From Armatimonadota bacterium (GTDB lineage: Bacteria > Cloacimonadota > Cloacimonadia > Cloacimonadales > TCS61): a stretch of 64,000 bases of DNA. The stretch lies in contig JABMPU010000035.1 of assembly GCA_013203665.1 (NCBI GenBank), forward strand, positions 113 through 64,112. Direction: 5' to 3'. Below the pieces are notes generated by a model. It was not told the DNA's origin and did no database searches. It saw nothing but the letters and a program-made list of their open reading frames with translations. Below, piece by piece: positions 54,534 through 63,530 of this stretch. The position numbers and the translations under genes were made by a program. Positions within the stretch are counted from its first letter, which is position 1; every line of letters begins with the position of its first letter.

Positions 54534-55586
54534 CTACTTAATAAATACTTCCTGCAGAAAAACATTCTGCATAAAGAACAGGGCAATATAGGCAAAAATA
54601 GCAGAAGCAATAGGAGTTGCGATCCATCCTAAACTAATCTTACCGAGAGTTTTGAAATTGACGTTTCTTCCACCTTTTGCAAGACTAATTCCAATCACAG
54701 CACCCACCACAGCTTGAGAGCTGGAAATCGGAACCAAAGGAAAAGATGGCAATCCGTTTGAGACCAGGAAATCCTTCAAACCTTGAGAAGCAAAAAGGAA
54801 AAGCACGAGAGAACTGGAAAAAACCGCAACTAATGCAGAAATTGGTGAAAGTTTGAAAATGCTTCTTCCTACAGTCATCATCACCTTTTTCGAATAAGTA
54901 AAAACTCCCACTGCAATTGCAATGCTGCCCAGAAGAAAGAGCTGTTGAGTGGGAGACAACTGGCAAATGCTACCGATACTGACGCTCTTGAATGGAGACG
55001 AATTAATGAAAACACCCATCACATTTGCAATGTTATTTGCCCCCAGACTATATGCACCAAAAGCTCCGACAACAATCAGGGCTTTTCTCGTTAATGAATC
55101 TAAAACTATCAGATGAATTTTACTATTTTCAAGATTTTTTTTGATGAGGTGAAAAAAGATAAATGCAAATAAAGCAGATAGGATCGGTGAGAAAACCCAG
55201 GTTCCGACAATTTTTGTTACAGAATTTATATTTGTGGGAACATTTGCAAAAAAGTTCCAGCCGATAATTGCTCCTACAATTGCCTGAGATGTTGATACCG
55301 GAAGTCCGGCTTTGGTCATCCACAAAACCGTGAAAGCAGCAGCCAGAGCTACAATGAAAGCTCCGGCAAGACTATTAATAGTTCCCAGTTTTCCCAGAAT
55401 ATGAGAGGGACCTGCTCCGCTTATCACAGCACCTAAAATAATGAAAATACTACAAATGATAGCTGCAGTTCGAAACTTGATCATTTTGGTGCCAACAGCA
55501 GTTCCGAAAATATTAGCTGCATCATTCGCACCCAGAGACCATCCCAAAAACAATCCGCTGGATAAAAAGAAAAGAAGTTGTATCAT
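54534..55586 (-). CDS. Inorganic phosphate transporter, PiT family
   Basis: GANDAANIFGTAVGT occurs at the N-terminus. A second PHO4 repeat, GANNIANVMG, occurs mid-protein. It has about 10 TM helices. Confidence 0.9.
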   Translation of the reverse strand: MIQLLFFLSSGLFLGWSLGANDAANIFGTAVGTKMIKFRTAAIICSIFIILGAVISGAGPSHILGKLGTINSLAGAFIVALAAAFTVLWMTKAGLPVSTSQAIVGAIIGWNFFANVPTNINSVTKIVGTWVFSPILSALFAFIFFHLIKKNLENSKIHLIVLDSLTRKALIVVGAFGAYSLGANNIANVMGVFINSSPFKSVSIGSICQLSPTQQLFLLGSIAIAVGVFTYSKKVMMTVGRSIFKLSPISALVAVFSSSLVLFLFASQGLKDFLVSNGLPSFPLVPISSSQAVVGAVIGISLAKGGRNVNFKTLGKISLGWIATPIASAIFAYIALFFMQNVFLQEVFIK

Positions 55587-55609
55587 TTATTCGTTCCTAT
55601 TCCAAAGAG

Positions 55610-56263
55610 TTAGATTCTTCTTTTAATGGCATATACTGCAATTCGTTCGGCAACAGATTCAGCGACATCGGATAGCAAAGCAAATTTTTTTGCAAAATAT
55701 CTCAGATGAACTTTCTTGCTGAATACTTTGATATCTTCACATTTGAATATCTTTCTTTTGAGGACTTCTTCTAATTTATCAGCTTCATGTTCATAGAAAT
55801 GGATTTTATTAACATAATTATTCACGAGCTTGATTTCTGTGAAAAAAGCGCGCGCACATTTTGCGAGTTCTTCCACAGCATTGTAAGAAAGTTCTGCCAG
55901 ATCTGTAAAATCTTCATATAAAAATTCAGGTATTTCTGGAGTTTCGATTGATAAATCTTCCAATATTTTTTCCGCAACATCAATAACATCATCGAGTGTT
56001 TCCAAAAGACCCAGAACATCTCCACGTGATTCCGGTATCAACATAAAAGTATAGAGTTTGTATTTGATATCTCTCCTAACTACATCAGCTTGAGATTCCA
56101 ATTCAGATAATTCCTGATAAAATTCTTCAAATCTTTCCGGTTTTTTTTTCAGATAAGCTTTTACACCTTCCCGGAAAATTAAACCTGCTTTTTCTACTCT
56201 ATCCACGAAACTATCTATTGATGACTGTAATTCTTTGCTTCTTCCGATAAAAATTCCATTCAA
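55610..56263 (-). CDS. DUF47 / PhoU-like phosphate transport regulator (Pit accessory protein)
   Basis: It is a 217-aa helical protein immediately upstream of pit. This is the typical DUF47 pairing and length, with an ESRGDVL..LE..DD..D pattern. Confidence 0.75.
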   Translation of the reverse strand: MNGIFIGRSKELQSSIDSFVDRVEKAGLIFREGVKAYLKKKPERFEEFYQELSELESQADVVRRDIKYKLYTFMLIPESRGDVLGLLETLDDVIDVAEKILEDLSIETPEIPEFLYEDFTDLAELSYNAVEELAKCARAFFTEIKLVNNYVNKIHFYEHEADKLEEVLKRKIFKCEDIKVFSKKVHLRYFAKKFALLSDVAESVAERIAVYAIKRRI

Positions 56264-56453
56264 GATTCACCTCCTAAACACTCATTATCTCTTCTTATGA
56301 AAAGAACAACTTTTTGTAAAAAGATATGATTTTTTAAGTCAAGTAAATTATTTAATTATAATAATAAAAGGTTAAATTTTGGTAAAAAAATATATCTTTA
56401 CAAACAGGATTTGGTTTTCTTTTTGGCATTCGAAATTGTTTTGGGGAGAAGAG

Positions 56454-57944
56454 ATGGAAAAAACAGAAGAAATTCAGGAAAAGCAATTAGAGACATCTGA
56501 AGATAAGGAAGAAATTCAGGTTGCAACAAACGAAGTTGAAGCAAAACCAGTTTCGGAAATAGATTCGGATTTTGATAAATTGTTAGAAGAATCTCTGGTA
56601 AATATCAAAGAACTCGCTGTTGGCGATAAAGTTGAAGGTGAAATAATTAATATTACCGATTCATATATTTTTGTTTCTCTGGGTGGAAAACGTGATGCTT
56701 ATGCAGAGAAGCAGGATTATTTCGATAAAACCGGTAAACTTCGCTGTAAGATTGGAGATATTTTAAAAGGTTTTGTAGTAAAGTATTCAGATACTGAAAC
56801 TCTGATTTCCAAAAGTTTGATTTCAGCAAATATTGAGGTCCTTCATGATGCATTCGAGGAAAAAATTCCTGTGAACGGCAAAGTTAAATCTTTAACAAAA
56901 GGCGGTTATCTTATTGATATATCAGGAGTAAAAGCTTTTTGTCCTATCTCACATATCGACATCAAATTGGTGATTGATCCGAAGCAGTTTATAGGCGAAT
57001 CTATTGATTTTCGAATTATTAAATTCGAGGAAAAAGGAAGGAATATAGTTGTTTCTCGAAGAGTTATCTTAGACGAAGAAAGAAACAAATTGAAGAAAGA
57101 AACTCTACAGAAACTGGAAGTTGGGATAAATGTTTGCGGGAAAGTTACGCGTCTGACTAATTTTGGTGCTTTTGTTGAATTAGGTGGAATTGAAGCACTT
57201 TTGCATATTTCCCAATTTTCCTGGGTAAGGATAGATTCTCCTTCTGAAGTTATGAATATTGGCGATGAGATTGAAGCGAAAATAATAAAGATTCAGGGTG
57301 AGAAAATTTCTCTTTCATTAAAAGCATTGCAGGAAAACCCTTTAGATGCTGCTATGAAGGAATTGAAAGAAGGCGACATTGTTAATTGCCGCATTCTTCG
57401 CAACTTACCATTCGGTTCATTTGTAGAAATAAAACCCGGTGTGGAAGGACTCATTCCGATCTCAGAATTAGCTCGTGGAAGACGCATCAACAATCCTTCA
57501 GAAGTAGTAACAGAAGGTGAATTTGTAGAAGCTCAAATTCTGAAAATAAATCCTGATAACAGGAAAATATCGCTTTCTTTAAAAGCACTTCAACCTGATC
57601 CCTGGGACAATATCCAGGATATAATTTCTGAAAATGATGTGTTTAGCGGAGTCATTGAAAACGTAGCTTCCTTTGGTACTTTCATCAAAATCAGAGAAGG
57701 AATTACCGGGCTTGTGCCAAGTTCAAAATTGAAGATCATCGGCAAAAAATTTGATAAAGCAAATATTGGTGAGGAATTCAAAGTTCGGGTTGTAAAGATA
57801 GATAAAGATTCTCGCCGTATTTCTCTGGAACCTACCGATATGCCTGAATCTGCTGTGGAAACAAAAGACGATTGGCATAAATATAAAAAGCAAAAAGTCA
57901 AGAAAACATACGTTGATGATGATAATCCTTTTGCTAATTTATAA
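56454..57944 (+). CDS. rpsA: 30S ribosomal protein S1
   Basis: It has multiple S1 domains (G..V.G.V..I....FV.LG...G..H.S). I prefer the start at 56454 (MEKTEE) with a ggggagaag RBS. Confidence 0.92.
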   Translation: MEKTEEIQEKQLETSEDKEEIQVATNEVEAKPVSEIDSDFDKLLEESLVNIKELAVGDKVEGEIINITDSYIFVSLGGKRDAYAEKQDYFDKTGKLRCKIGDILKGFVVKYSDTETLISKSLISANIEVLHDAFEEKIPVNGKVKSLTKGGYLIDISGVKAFCPISHIDIKLVIDPKQFIGESIDFRIIKFEEKGRNIVVSRRVILDEERNKLKKETLQKLEVGINVCGKVTRLTNFGAFVELGGIEALLHISQFSWVRIDSPSEVMNIGDEIEAKIIKIQGEKISLSLKALQENPLDAAMKELKEGDIVNCRILRNLPFGSFVEIKPGVEGLIPISELARGRRINNPSEVVTEGEFVEAQILKINPDNRKISLSLKALQPDPWDNIQDIISENDVFSGVIENVASFGTFIKIREGITGLVPSSKLKIIGKKFDKANIGEEFKVRVVKIDKDSRRISLEPTDMPESAVETKDDWHKYKKQKVKKTYVDDDNPFANL

Positions 57945-57969
57945 ATTGCTTAATTGGTGAAAAATTGTG

Positions 57970-58005
57970 AACCGAACAGGAAATGATTCTTGTTCGGTTT
58001 TTTTA
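57970..58005 (+). terminator. Rho-independent terminator of rpsA
   Basis: accgaaca / tgttcggt (57971-57978 / 57991-57998) is followed by a T run. Confidence 0.75.
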
Positions 58006-58012
58006 TTTTATC

Positions 58013-58129
58013 TTAATTTTTCTGCTTCTCATTCAAAGCTTCCACAGCTTTCTTGAAGACAATAAAAGAAATGAGCGAAACAACACCCGCAAGTATAAGA
58101 TGTAATGACGCTTTAACTATTTTTTTCAT
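58013..58129 (-). CDS. Possible 38-aa single-TM peptide
   Basis: MKKIVKASLHLILAGVVSLISFIVFKKAVEALNEKQKN is not in the ORF track. It has one hydrophobic helix. The RBS is weak, so the call is speculative. Confidence 0.25.
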   Translation of the reverse strand: MKKIVKASLHLILAGVVSLISFIVFKKAVEALNEKQKN

Positions 58130-58267
58130 CAGTTCTATCCCAATGTTTAATATTTAAACTTCATGTACGAAACTAAGATGAGATAAAATTAAAGTCAAAT
58201 GAAATTATTTTTCTTGACGAATTAGACTGAAATACAGAATTGGTCGAATATCCTGAAGGAGTAATAT

Positions 58268-58840
58268 GTGAATGAGAAGAAAAAAAGAATTATTGCAACA
58301 GCCAAAGAATTGATCGCTTTATATGGTTTCAAAAAAACCACTATGGATGAAATTGCAGCAAAAGCTCGAATGGGTAAATCCAGCATGTATTACTACTTCA
58401 AAAACAAAGAGGATATCTTTGCCGAGATCGTGCGGATCGATTCCGATCTTTTTCGGCAAAAATTGAATGATGCTATCCAGAAAGCTTATAGTCCTCAGGA
58501 CAAGATCATGCAATACATTCGCACAAGAATGCTGCATTTAAAAGAACTTAGCAACTATTACAAAACTCTTACCAACGAATATCTAGATCATTATTTTTTC
58601 ATTGAACAGGTTAGGGGAGATTTCTATAATTTCGAAAATAATACCTTAAGTACTCTGATAAATGAAGGAATTCAGCAAAACGTTTTCACACCATGTGATG
58701 TTGATGTTGTTGTTCATTTGATAGCAATTGCTATAAAAGGTTTGGAATATCCCCTTTTTATTCAGAAAGAGCAGGATCTGGAAAGAGACAGCAAGCAAAT
58801 GATGGAGATAATCTTTAAAGGAATTGAAGTAAGAGCTTAA
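58268..58840 (+). CDS. TetR/AcrR-family transcriptional regulator
   Basis: The HTH reads RIIATAKELIALYGFKKTTMDEIAAKARMGKSSMYYYF. It uses a GTG start with an aaggag RBS. Confidence 0.9.
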   Translation: MNEKKKRIIATAKELIALYGFKKTTMDEIAAKARMGKSSMYYYFKNKEDIFAEIVRIDSDLFRQKLNDAIQKAYSPQDKIMQYIRTRMLHLKELSNYYKTLTNEYLDHYFFIEQVRGDFYNFENNTLSTLINEGIQQNVFTPCDVDVVVHLIAIAIKGLEYPLFIQKEQDLERDSKQMMEIIFKGIEVRA

Positions 58841-58853
58841 TTTTTTTACGATA

Positions 58854-58884
58854 TTTTCGACCGCAGAACCGATATGGTCGAAAA
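58854..58884. promoter_or_regulatory. Inverted repeat, candidate TetR operator in front of the flavin oxidoreductase gene
   Basis: ttttcgacc-13 nt-ggtcgaaaa. The half-site GGTCGAA(A)ATATC recurs upstream of the tetR gene at 58242-58252 (ggtcgaatatc). Confidence 0.45.
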
Positions 58885-58897
58885 CACGAGAGGAAAA

Positions 58898-60019
58898 ATG
58901 ATAAAAATACCTGAATTAAAAATAGGAAACCTGATTGCAAAACTACCCATCATCCAGGGTGGAATGGGAGTGGGGATATCGATGTCCGGACTGGCATCGG
59001 CTGTGGCTAATACCGGAGGGATCGGGGTGATTTCTTCTGTCGCTTTGGGAATGTTGGAACATGCTTCCAAAAAATCCTATCGGGAAGATAATAAGATTGC
59101 CTTACGGCGCGAGATCCGCAAAGCAAGAAAATTGACTAACGGAGTTATCGGTTTAAATATAATGGTAGCCATTTCCGATTTTGATGAAATGGTAAAACTG
59201 GCTTTAGATGAGAATGTCGATATTCTATTTCTTGGTGCAGGATTGCCTTTGAAAATGCCGGAAGGAATTTCTGCAGATTACCTGAAAAAAATGCACACAA
59301 AAGTAGCTCCCATCGTTTCATCGGGACGGGCTGCAAAACTGATTTTTAAAAGCTGGGATAAACATTTTGCTCATATTCCGGATGCTGTAGTGGTGGAAGG
59401 TCCTTTAGCCGGCGGTCACCTGGGCTTCAAACCAGAGCAAATAGATGATCCGGAATTTACCTTGGAAAACATCATTCCGGATGTCTGCGAAGCAATTGAA
59501 TCATTCGAAGACAAATACGATAAAAAGATACCTATTATTGCCGCAGGAGGCATTTACAACGGTGATGATATTTATAAATTTATAAATCTTGGAGCCAGTG
59601 GCGTGCAGATGGGAACCCGTTTTGTAGCCACAGATGAATGCGATGCTGATGTTGAATTCAAGAACCAGTACATCAAATGCAAAAAGGAAGATATCGTTAT
59701 TATCCAGAGTCCGGTAGGTTTACCGGGACGTGCCATTTTGAACGATTTCCTCACAGATGTGAAAGCAGGAATAAAAAAGCCATTTCGCTGTCCTTGGAAA
59801 TGCCTGAAAACCTGCGATTTCAAAACTTCGCTGTATTGCATTGCCAATGCTTTGATGAAAGCTAAGATCGGTGAGTTGAAAAACGGTTTCAGTTTTGCTG
59901 GTGCCAATGCCTGGCGCATCGATAAAATAATCCCTGTTAAGGAATTGATGGATTCATTGGTGCGGGAGTTCGCGACAGCAGAGTTAAGAACAGAATGCTC
60001 TTGGATGCTAAACTTCTAG
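58898..60019 (+). CDS. NMO-family (nitronate monooxygenase / FabK-like) FMN-dependent oxidoreductase
   Basis: PIIQGGMGVGISMSGLASAVANTGGIGVISS and IIAAGGIYNGDD..GASGVQMGTRF are present. The start at 58898 has a gagagga RBS. The alternative ATG at 58874 lies inside the operator-like IR. Confidence 0.8.
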   Translation: MIKIPELKIGNLIAKLPIIQGGMGVGISMSGLASAVANTGGIGVISSVALGMLEHASKKSYREDNKIALRREIRKARKLTNGVIGLNIMVAISDFDEMVKLALDENVDILFLGAGLPLKMPEGISADYLKKMHTKVAPIVSSGRAAKLIFKSWDKHFAHIPDAVVVEGPLAGGHLGFKPEQIDDPEFTLENIIPDVCEAIESFEDKYDKKIPIIAAGGIYNGDDIYKFINLGASGVQMGTRFVATDECDADVEFKNQYIKCKKEDIVIIQSPVGLPGRAILNDFLTDVKAGIKKPFRCPWKCLKTCDFKTSLYCIANALMKAKIGELKNGFSFAGANAWRIDKIIPVKELMDSLVREFATAELRTECSWMLNF

Positions 60020-60086
60020 AGAAATGTTATCAGAATATTAATAATTAATATGAGTATTAAATAGTTTAAAAAACGCAACAGAGATG

Positions 60087-61094
60087 TTAACTATGAGTAT
60101 CCTTATCTTGAATTATTTTAAGAGGAATACCTCTCAAAATTTTGTCTTTAGGTAGTCCGTCAATTCCATCATGGAGTTGATTTTTGAATGTATCCCAGTT
60201 GAAATCTCTCTCAATATTCTTGAAGATTTGGTTTACCCATTCCTTTTGCTTATTGGTTTTTGGAGACCAACGTAGAAATCTTGAGAATGTTGCATCAAGA
60301 GTAATTATATAGTTTTGTGCATAGAAAGAATCTGGGACTTTTAGATGCTTATCGATTTTGTCACCAAGGATGGTATAGCTGATACCGCTATTGCCGAGAT
60401 ATAGGGATTTGAAAGTAAAGGTCATATGAGGATTTGTGATTGTGAACACCGTTTCAAGTTTCGTTTTGCTAAGATTTGTTTTGCTTCCTTTCGGGAATTG
60501 AAACTCATTGTAAACGGGATCATGAACTAAAAATCCATTTGATGAATTTACAAATCGATATGTTTCAAACTTTTTGTCTCGACCCTCTTTCGGTGAAGAA
60601 TGCCCACCACCACCACTGATGCCATAGATGTAATTATACTTCATCTCCCAGTGAAGAAAATAGTGATTTGCCATCCACTTAAGAAAAGCAGCAAAGAGTA
60701 ACTCATTAAAGATGTATTGATCCATAATGAACGGCTCAGTTTGAGGTTTGTAGCCACGGAACAACCATATATAGTCAAGAAGATTGTAGGCATGCCACGG
60801 AGGGAGATTCAGTGCAGAAGTGACTGGAGTGAGTTTCAGAAGTTCGCCATTTTCATTCCTCAAGATAAGAAAGTTTGTTTTTAAATGTAATGTTTCTGGA
60901 GTCTTGGACAAATCTATGATGAGAATTGCAGCAGCTGCCAATACCGCCGCAAAAACCTTAAATAGAATTGGCACTATAGAATCATTTCCACGGTTTAGAA
61001 AAAGAAAAAAGAAAACAGTGACAAGCAAGAGGGTGCATATGATTCCAGCTATTATAATCATTGGTCCATATCTCATTTTCTTAAAGCTAAACAT
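60087..61094 (-). CDS. Hypothetical membrane-anchored protein (two N-terminal TM helices), no recognisable domain
   Basis: 335 aa with the hydrophobic segments MIIIAGIICTLLLVTVFFFLFL and ILFKVFAAVLAAAAILII. The rest is soluble-looking with a GGGGHSS loop. It sits isolated between long spacers. Confidence 0.5.
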   Translation of the reverse strand: MFSFKKMRYGPMIIIAGIICTLLLVTVFFFLFLNRGNDSIVPILFKVFAAVLAAAAILIIDLSKTPETLHLKTNFLILRNENGELLKLTPVTSALNLPPWHAYNLLDYIWLFRGYKPQTEPFIMDQYIFNELLFAAFLKWMANHYFLHWEMKYNYIYGISGGGGHSSPKEGRDKKFETYRFVNSSNGFLVHDPVYNEFQFPKGSKTNLSKTKLETVFTITNPHMTFTFKSLYLGNSGISYTILGDKIDKHLKVPDSFYAQNYIITLDATFSRFLRWSPKTNKQKEWVNQIFKNIERDFNWDTFKNQLHDGIDGLPKDKILRGIPLKIIQDKDTHS

Positions 61095-61339
61095 CTCAAT
61101 TAATTGAAAAGCTCACTTTATTATTTCCTGATTTTCCAAAAATACCACACACCTCAAAATCTCCAGCAACTAATTAAATCTGTCTCAACTGGCATTTCAA
61201 TTCAAACAACTATTCCTGTCAATCCCATTTTTCGTAATTGATTAATGACTTTTAAACAACACCAATGATTTTTTACAGAAATATTCTTTCAGCGGCTTCT
61301 AATGTTCTGCCCTGTTAAGGGAAGAAAGCAGAAGGGTTA

Positions 61340-61367
61340 AGAAAAAGGGCGCTTCCTGAATCGCCCT
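61340..61367 (-). terminator. Rho-independent terminator of gcvPB
   Basis: The minus strand reads AGGGCG-attcaggaag-CGCCCT followed by ttttctt. Confidence 0.7.
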
Positions 61368-61423
61368 CACAATTTATTTTTCAGTTCGTCTTTGTTAGTT
61401 TTGTTCGTTGCTAATTCTTAAAA

Positions 61424-62875
61424 CTACCACTCAAATTTCACATTTAATTGCCGTACAGCCAGGGTGTCATCCACTCGTTTCACCGGAGTATTTATTGGAG
61501 CATTTTTCAATAGATCAGGGTTTTCTTCACACTCCTTCGCGATCTCGATCATAGCGTCTATAAAATCATCAAGCGTTTCTTTGCTTTCGGTTTCTGTGGG
61601 TTCTATCATCATCGCTTCGTGCACAATAAGCGGGAAATAGATCGTGGGTGCATGGAATCCTTTATCCAGTATTCGTTTAGCAATATCCAGTGTTTTGATG
61701 CCATGCTTCTCTTTTTGCCAATTGCCACTGGCTACGAATTCATGCATACAGAATGAATCTTTATAAGGGATATCATAATACTTTTCCAGCTTCTTCTGGA
61801 TATAATTTGCATTAATAACGGCATTTTCCGCAACCCGTCTCAAACCTTTCGGACCCAGCATTTTAAGATAAATGTAGGCTTTAATATTCACTGCGAAATT
61901 GCCGAAGAAGGAATGAACCTTTCCGGAGGATGTTTTTTCATGAGTATAATCGAGGAAATATTTATCATCTTTCTTTCCAATTAATGGAGCAGGTAAGAAT
62001 TTAATGAGGTCTTCACGAACGCCGATAGGACCTGCACCCGGACCACCACCACCATGTGGAGTAGCAAAAGTTTTATGGAGATTGAAATGCATGATGTCAA
62101 ATCCATTCTCACCGGGTTTCACGAGTCCCATAATAGCGTTGAAATTTGCTCCGTCCATATACATCAAACCATCCACGCTGTGAATTATCTCTGCAATTTT
62201 CTCAACCTGAGATTCAAATAGACCGAGAGTGTTTGGATTTGTAAGCATAAAACCTGCTGTCTCGTCATTTACATGGGCTTTCAAATCTTCAATATCGACC
62301 AATCCTTTTTCATTGGATTTGATCTCTACCATTTCGTATCCCACCAAAGTTACACTGGCAGGATTTGTGCCATGAGCAGAATCGGGAAGAATGATCTTCT
62401 TCTTGTGGGAATTTCCCTTATGGTCATGATATGCTTTCATAATCTTAAGACCGGTAAATTCGCCGTGAGCACCAGCAACTGGCTGCAATGTTACATTTGA
62501 AAATCCGGATATTTCTGCCAGATCTTTCTGAAGTTCATAAAGAATTTCCAAAGCACCTTGAACAGTGACTTCATCCTGAAATGGATGCAGGTTATTGAAA
62601 CCATCGTTGCGAACCAGAGTTTCATTTATTTTGGGATTATATTTCATGGTGCATGAACCTAATGGATAAAATCCCTTCTCAATGCAGTGATTCATCTGGC
62701 TCAATTCAAGGAAATGACGCATAACATCAAGTTCACTTACATCAGGAAGTTTAACTTCCTCTTTTCTCTGGAATTTTTCAGGAATGCATCTGTTTAAAGA
62801 AATCTCCACATCATTAGTGGGAAGTGTGTAACCTTTTCTGCCTTCTGAATGTTTTTCAAAGATTGTTTTAGCCAT
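61424..62875 (-). CDS. gcvPB: Glycine dehydrogenase (decarboxylating) subunit 2
   Basis: LPDVSELDVMRHF, GSCTMKYNP, the PLP-lysine motif HFNLHKTFATPHGGGGPG and the C-terminus match GcvPB. The start at 62875 (MAKTIFEK) has an aaggag RBS. Confidence 0.92.
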   Translation of the reverse strand: MAKTIFEKHSEGRKGYTLPTNDVEISLNRCIPEKFQRKEEVKLPDVSELDVMRHFLELSQMNHCIEKGFYPLGSCTMKYNPKINETLVRNDGFNNLHPFQDEVTVQGALEILYELQKDLAEISGFSNVTLQPVAGAHGEFTGLKIMKAYHDHKGNSHKKKIILPDSAHGTNPASVTLVGYEMVEIKSNEKGLVDIEDLKAHVNDETAGFMLTNPNTLGLFESQVEKIAEIIHSVDGLMYMDGANFNAIMGLVKPGENGFDIMHFNLHKTFATPHGGGGPGAGPIGVREDLIKFLPAPLIGKKDDKYFLDYTHEKTSSGKVHSFFGNFAVNIKAYIYLKMLGPKGLRRVAENAVINANYIQKKLEKYYDIPYKDSFCMHEFVASGNWQKEKHGIKTLDIAKRILDKGFHAPTIYFPLIVHEAMMIEPTETESKETLDDFIDAMIEIAKECEENPDLLKNAPINTPVKRVDDTLAVRQLNVKFEW

Positions 62876-62883
62876 TATTTCTC

Positions 62884-62907
62884 CTTTTCCATATTTCTCG
62901 CAAAGGC
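62884..62907. repeat. 24-nt perfect direct repeat, copy 1 (gcvPB 5' leader)
   Basis: cttttccatatttctcgcaaaggc is identical to 63456-63479. Confidence 0.9.
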
Positions 62908-63071
62908 GCAAAGTACGCTAAGAAATTCTTTTATAATTTTTTTACTTTGTAATAAAATATTAAGTAAATTCATTATAGCGTTTCAAAATTATCGTTGGAT
63001 TAAGAAATTTCCTTTTAATCATATATTTAAAACCTTTGCGTTCTTTGCGGCTTTGCATGAGAATAGTTTTT

Positions 63072-63464
63072 TCATAAATTATTTACGATCCTTGTGATTC
63101 CATTTTTGATCAAATTTACATTGAAATTGATTAATAAACCAAGTTTTAGTTCACTTAATTTCAGATAAGTTAGTAGTTGTTTCTTATGAACAGGTGCAAT
63201 CTCTTTAACTGACTTCAATTCAATTATTACTTTATTCTCGACAATAATATCAACTCTAAAGCCCAAATCAATTATCTTATCATCATATTTTATCGGCACA
63301 CCCACTTGATTTCGAATATTCAGTCCCATCTTTGTTAACTCATGAATCATTAATTTTTCATAAACAGATTCAAGAAGACCAGGACCAAACCTTTTGTGAA
63401 TTCTGAAAGCACAATCAACAATAATTTTTGATATTCCGTTCTCTGTCATTTTTTTCTTTTCCAT
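63072..63464 (-). CDS. GxxExxY-family protein (PD-(D/E)xK nuclease superfamily)
   Basis: IIVDCAFRIHKRFGPGLLESVYEKLMIHEL carries the GxxExxY motif. FRVDIIVENKVIIELKSV carries the D..E.K nuclease motif. Confidence 0.85.
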   Translation of the reverse strand: MEKKKMTENGISKIIVDCAFRIHKRFGPGLLESVYEKLMIHELTKMGLNIRNQVGVPIKYDDKIIDLGFRVDIIVENKVIIELKSVKEIAPVHKKQLLTYLKLSELKLGLLINFNVNLIKNGITRIVNNL

Positions 63465-63479
63465 ATTTCTCGCAAAGGC
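63456..63479. repeat. 24-nt perfect direct repeat, copy 2 (spans the GxxExxY gene start codon)
   Basis: cttttccatatttctcgcaaaggc. On the minus strand it reads gcctttgcgagaaatATGGAAAAG. Confidence 0.9.
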
Positions 63480-63530
63480 TCAAATCACTTCCTAAAAAAA
63501 ATTGAATTTAACCTCTGCGTTCTTTGCGTC

